Of a DNA stretch of 8,858 nucleotides, positions 7,202 through 8,858 are shown in pieces. Under the pieces are notes generated by a model. The model made no database searches. It worked only from the letters and a program-made list of their open reading frames with translations, and was not told the origin of the DNA. The number at the start of each line of letters is the position of its first letter. Position 1 is the first letter of the stretch. The DNA is from Zygophlyctis sp. KS116 (Eukaryota > Fungi > Chytridiomycota), in the NCBI GenBank assembly GCA_054661495.1, contig BAAFSQ010000364.1:1-8858 (forward strand), in the 5' to 3' direction. Made by a program: the position numbers and the translations under genes.

Positions 7202-8528
7202 CTATTTCTTTACTTCAAAGGCCGGAATCCCAGTGATTGCACGTCCCAAAATCAGAGCGTGAATATCATGAGTACCTTCGTAAGTGTTTACAGATTCAAG
7301 ATTCATGGCATGCCTAATAATGTGGTACTCATCAGATATACCATTTCCTCCAAGCATGTCACGACATTCTCTTGCAATTGCTAAAGCCTTTCCACAATTG
7401 TTTCTTTTAACAAGAGAAACCATTTCTGGGGCAATCTTATCTTGATCTTTAAGACGACCAACTTGCAAAGATCCAAGCAAGCCTAATGAAATATCAGTGA
7501 TTGAATCCGCCAATTTCTTTTGAATGAGTTGGAAGCTTGCCAAGGGGACACCAAATTGTTGACGATTTAAAACGTAATCTCTAGCCTGCGCAACGCAAAA
7601 CTCTGCAGCGCCTAAAGATCCCCAAGAAATCCCATAACGTGCATTGTTTAAACAACTAAATGGCCCTTTAAGACCTTTAACGTTTGGAAGCATATTCTCT
7701 TGTGGAACTTTCACATCTTCCATCAATATCATTCCCGTAGCAGAAGCTCTTAATGAAAATTTCCCTTTTAAGAATGGCGTTTCGAGACCTTCCATTCCCC
7801 TTTCTAAAATAAATCCTCTTATTACACCATCCTCTGTCTTTGCCCAAACAACAAAAACATCTGCAATTGGAGAATTTGAAATCCATGTTTTCTAATATTA
7901 CCCAACTTTACTTACAGAACCATTAAGTATATAATGATCTCCAACCTTTTTAGCTCTAGTTTCCATACTTCCTGGATCAGATCCATGATTCGGCTCTGTC
8001 AAACCAAAAGCACCTATTAATTCCCCTTTTGCTAGAGATGGAAGATACTTTGACTTTTGAGCCTCACTTCCAAAATCATAAATAGGATACATGACCAATG
8101 AAGATTGTACTGACATGGCACTTCTATATCCCGAATCTACTCTACAACAGTTTATAGAAATCTGGTTACCTTTCCACTTCGCGTGCTATTAATCCATAAG
8201 CGACCGAACTAACTCCAGAACATCCAAAACCATTAATTGTGGCACCAAGAAGACCCAACTGACCCATTTCCTTCATAATTTCTTTGTCAAATACTAACAT
8301 CAGTCGAATTATATACCTTCATCTCTATTTGCTTTCAAAACTCTTGGAAATAATTTGGACTGGCAATAATTTCTAGCAGAGTCCCTGATAAACTTTTCTT
8401 CATCTGTCAAAAGAGATTCCAGATTCAGAGGATCTGCCCAATCAAACTTTACAAATGTAGATTTTCCTATTTATTATCCATTAAACATTACTTCGCAATG
8501 GAGCAATCGCAATCTTTAACAATTTCAT
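7202..8528 (-). CDS. GCDH: Mitochondrial glutaryl-CoA dehydrogenase, 408 aa, 5 exons
   Basis: Exons 8528-8492, 8466-8317, 8293-8170, 8141-7916, 7891-7202 (1227 nt). Introns 8467-8491 (25 nt), 8294-8316 (23), 8142-8169 (28), 7892-7915 (24). Short basic presequence [16 protein letters not shown], then [53 protein letters not shown] and [25 protein letters not shown]. Confidence 0.95.
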
Positions 8529-8700
8529 GGAATCGACGGAATTTAACGCGCATCATGTGGCACTTCAAGTTTCACATTCGGACAAAAGATCACATTTACA
8601 GACACATATTACTAGGAAAATATAGAAATTAAAAAAGTAATCTTTATTTAATCATTTAAAGAAATGAAATTGCCATTAAAATCCGCGTAGTTTATCTCTT

Positions 8701-8858
8701 TTAGTACTGTGATTCTTTCTGATGTCTGAGTTCGAGCATTTCTTGGGTCATTGCGCACGGCTGACAACAGCAATGAAGAAAAATGTCCTCACAACCATCG
8801 CCTGATATATTGTATTTCTCACGAATTCCCTTTCTCTGAGAAGCGCCTAAAAGGCAAG
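8701..8858 (-). CDS. PLAC8 family (cysteine-rich, PCR/FCR-like) protein, 3' end only
   Basis: The minus-strand frame reads ...CLLGASQRKGIREKYNISGDGCEDIFLHCCCQPCAMTQEMLELRHQKESQY*, matching the PLAC8 C-terminal pattern R..IR.KY.I.G..C.D...H..C..CA..QE. The gene runs off the window end. Confidence 0.85.
   Translation of the reverse strand, partial: CLLGASQRKGIREKYNISGDGCEDIFLHCCCQPCAMTQEMLELRHQKESQY

Noticed and set aside
7644-7895. 83-aa plus-strand ORF and 69-aa alternative-frame minus ORF (7677-7886)
   Set aside because: Both lie over the conserved last exon of GCDH and are shadow or alternative-frame ORFs.

Overview
AT-rich, very gene-dense eukaryotic nuclear DNA using the standard genetic code. 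It is most likely an early-diverging (chytrid-like) fungus or related opisthokont; this is inferred from a fungal-type VDAC, a CblC/MMACHC homolog and tiny introns. The supplied ORF track is fragmented because four genes are split by 18 very short GT-AG introns (23-32 nt), which I reconstructed by hand. Gene order: a 15/30-bp tandem repeat; a small secreted cationic CX3C-X11-CX3C (alpha-hairpinin-like) peptide (+); an intronless GNAT acetyltransferase (-); an intronless MMACHC/CblC-like cobalamin-processing protein (-); VDAC porin (+, 4 exons); APC10/DOC1 (-, 5 exons, absent from the ORF track); DDB1 (+, 8 exons); glutaryl-CoA dehydrogenase (-, 5 exons); and the 3' end of a PLAC8-family gene (-, absent from the ORF track). 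The most notable items are the hairpinin-like peptide with its upstream repeat, the tiny-intron system, the tightly linked intronless CblC-GNAT pair, and two convergent gene pairs separated by only 14 nt. All family calls come from motif recognition; no database search was run.
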